From assembly GCA_934718275.1 (NCBI GenBank), contig CAKUZD010000002.1, positions 217,858-281,857 on the forward strand: 64,000 nucleotides of DNA. Reading direction: 5' to 3'. Made by a program: the position numbers and the translations under genes. This document shows positions 63,512 to 64,000 of the stretch, in pieces. Below the pieces are notes generated by a model that was given only the letters and a program-made list of their open reading frames with translations, was not told the origin of the DNA and did no database searches. How positions within the stretch are numbered: the stretch's first letter is position 1; each line of letters starts with the position of its first letter. The DNA is from an uncultured Candidatus Melainabacteria bacterium (GTDB lineage Bacteria; Cyanobacteriota; Vampirovibrionia; Gastranaerophilales; Gastranaerophilaceae).

Positions 63512-63747
63512 TTAAGTGTAAATGATTTGCCGTTTTTGTAGGTAACTGTATAAAATATTTTTTGTGCTTGGTCAGTCCCAGTAATTTATCTTTTCTCTGA
63601 AGTTTATTCACTACTCATTACTTATCAAAAATTATTAACTTTTGTTCATATTATAAAATAATTTCTTGTACTTTTTCCCTATTTAAAATAGTATGTTAGT
63701 ATATTATAAAGATAGATAATAATATTTATATAAAAGAGGTAAAAATA

Positions 63748-64000
63748 GTGGAAAATTTCGTATCAGATATCTTTGCGAAAAAAGATGAATCAACAGGTAA
63801 TGAGCAAGTTCAAAGACCTCCTGTAAACCCAACAAAAATTAAAGTTATTGGTGTTGGTGGTGGTGGCGGAAACGCTGTTAACCGAATGATTAAAGCAGGT
63901 CTTTCAGGTGTAGAATTTTGGCTTATGAATACAGACTTGCAGGTTTTAGAATATGGTCAGACTAAAAATAGAATTCAATTGGGTTCAAAATCTACATCAG
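63748..64000 (+). CDS. ftsZ: cell division GTPase FtsZ, N-terminal 84 aa (runs off window)
   Basis: AAGAGG RBS followed by GTG 63748. Own translation ...[38 protein letters not shown]. Confidence 0.9.
   Translation, partial: MENFVSDIFAKKDESTGNEQVQRPPVNPTKIKVIGVGGGGGNAVNRMIKAGLSGVEFWLMNTDLQVLEYGQTKNRIQLGSKSTS

Overview
AT-rich (about one-third GC by eye) bacterial chromosomal window with about 60 protein genes and one tRNA. The backbone is housekeeping: cysS (partial), ftsY, nusB, a lipoate ligase-family gene, tRNA-Gln(UUG), a NIF3-family gene, coaBC, gmk, a GlpT/UhpC-type antiporter, a DnaQ-like exonuclease, trxA, a GH13 amylase with a ROK glucokinase, a GAF-GGDEF-HD-GYP protein, thiL, ispD, plsY, a purine nucleoside phosphorylase, upp, asparaginase II, a VKOR-DsbA fusion, queH, DAHP synthase, mutL, a DNA methyltransferase, yggS-sepF, nadK and ftsZ (partial). 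Lineage-specific material sits between these genes. It includes three prepilin-type genes (two paired divergently with small XRE regulators), a 1479-aa low-complexity protein, other orphan membrane or secreted proteins, and GC-richer mosaics of short hairpin repeats (33.4, 41.0, 54.4, 59.6-60.3 and 61.9-62.7 kb, plus two 115-bp palindromic elements at 7.2 and 16.0 kb). The best candidate for an undescribed system is a translationally coupled six-ORF membrane cassette at 36515-40973. Its order is vWA, FHA-like polytopic protein, TonB_C-like anchor, two micro-TM peptides, then a Zn-ribbon TonB_C-like anchor, with no ATPase, kinase or ExbBD. Other notable items are listed here. (1) A DUF559 endonuclease-like module with double-hairpin inverted termini is inserted in frame in an M14 peptidase gene. 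(2) A G10 tract separates an RBS-ATG from a start-less pilin ORF, which looks like a phase switch. (3) An MlaA-hydrolase fusion is present. (4) A ~245-bp inverted repeat pair brackets yggS-sepF. The VKOR-thioredoxin fusion, long NusB, yggS-sepF linkage and many pilin-like genes, with no photosynthesis genes seen, suggest a non-photosynthetic cyanobacteria-related or similar low-GC lineage. That is low-confidence inference. All domain calls come from reading motifs by eye. No searches were run.
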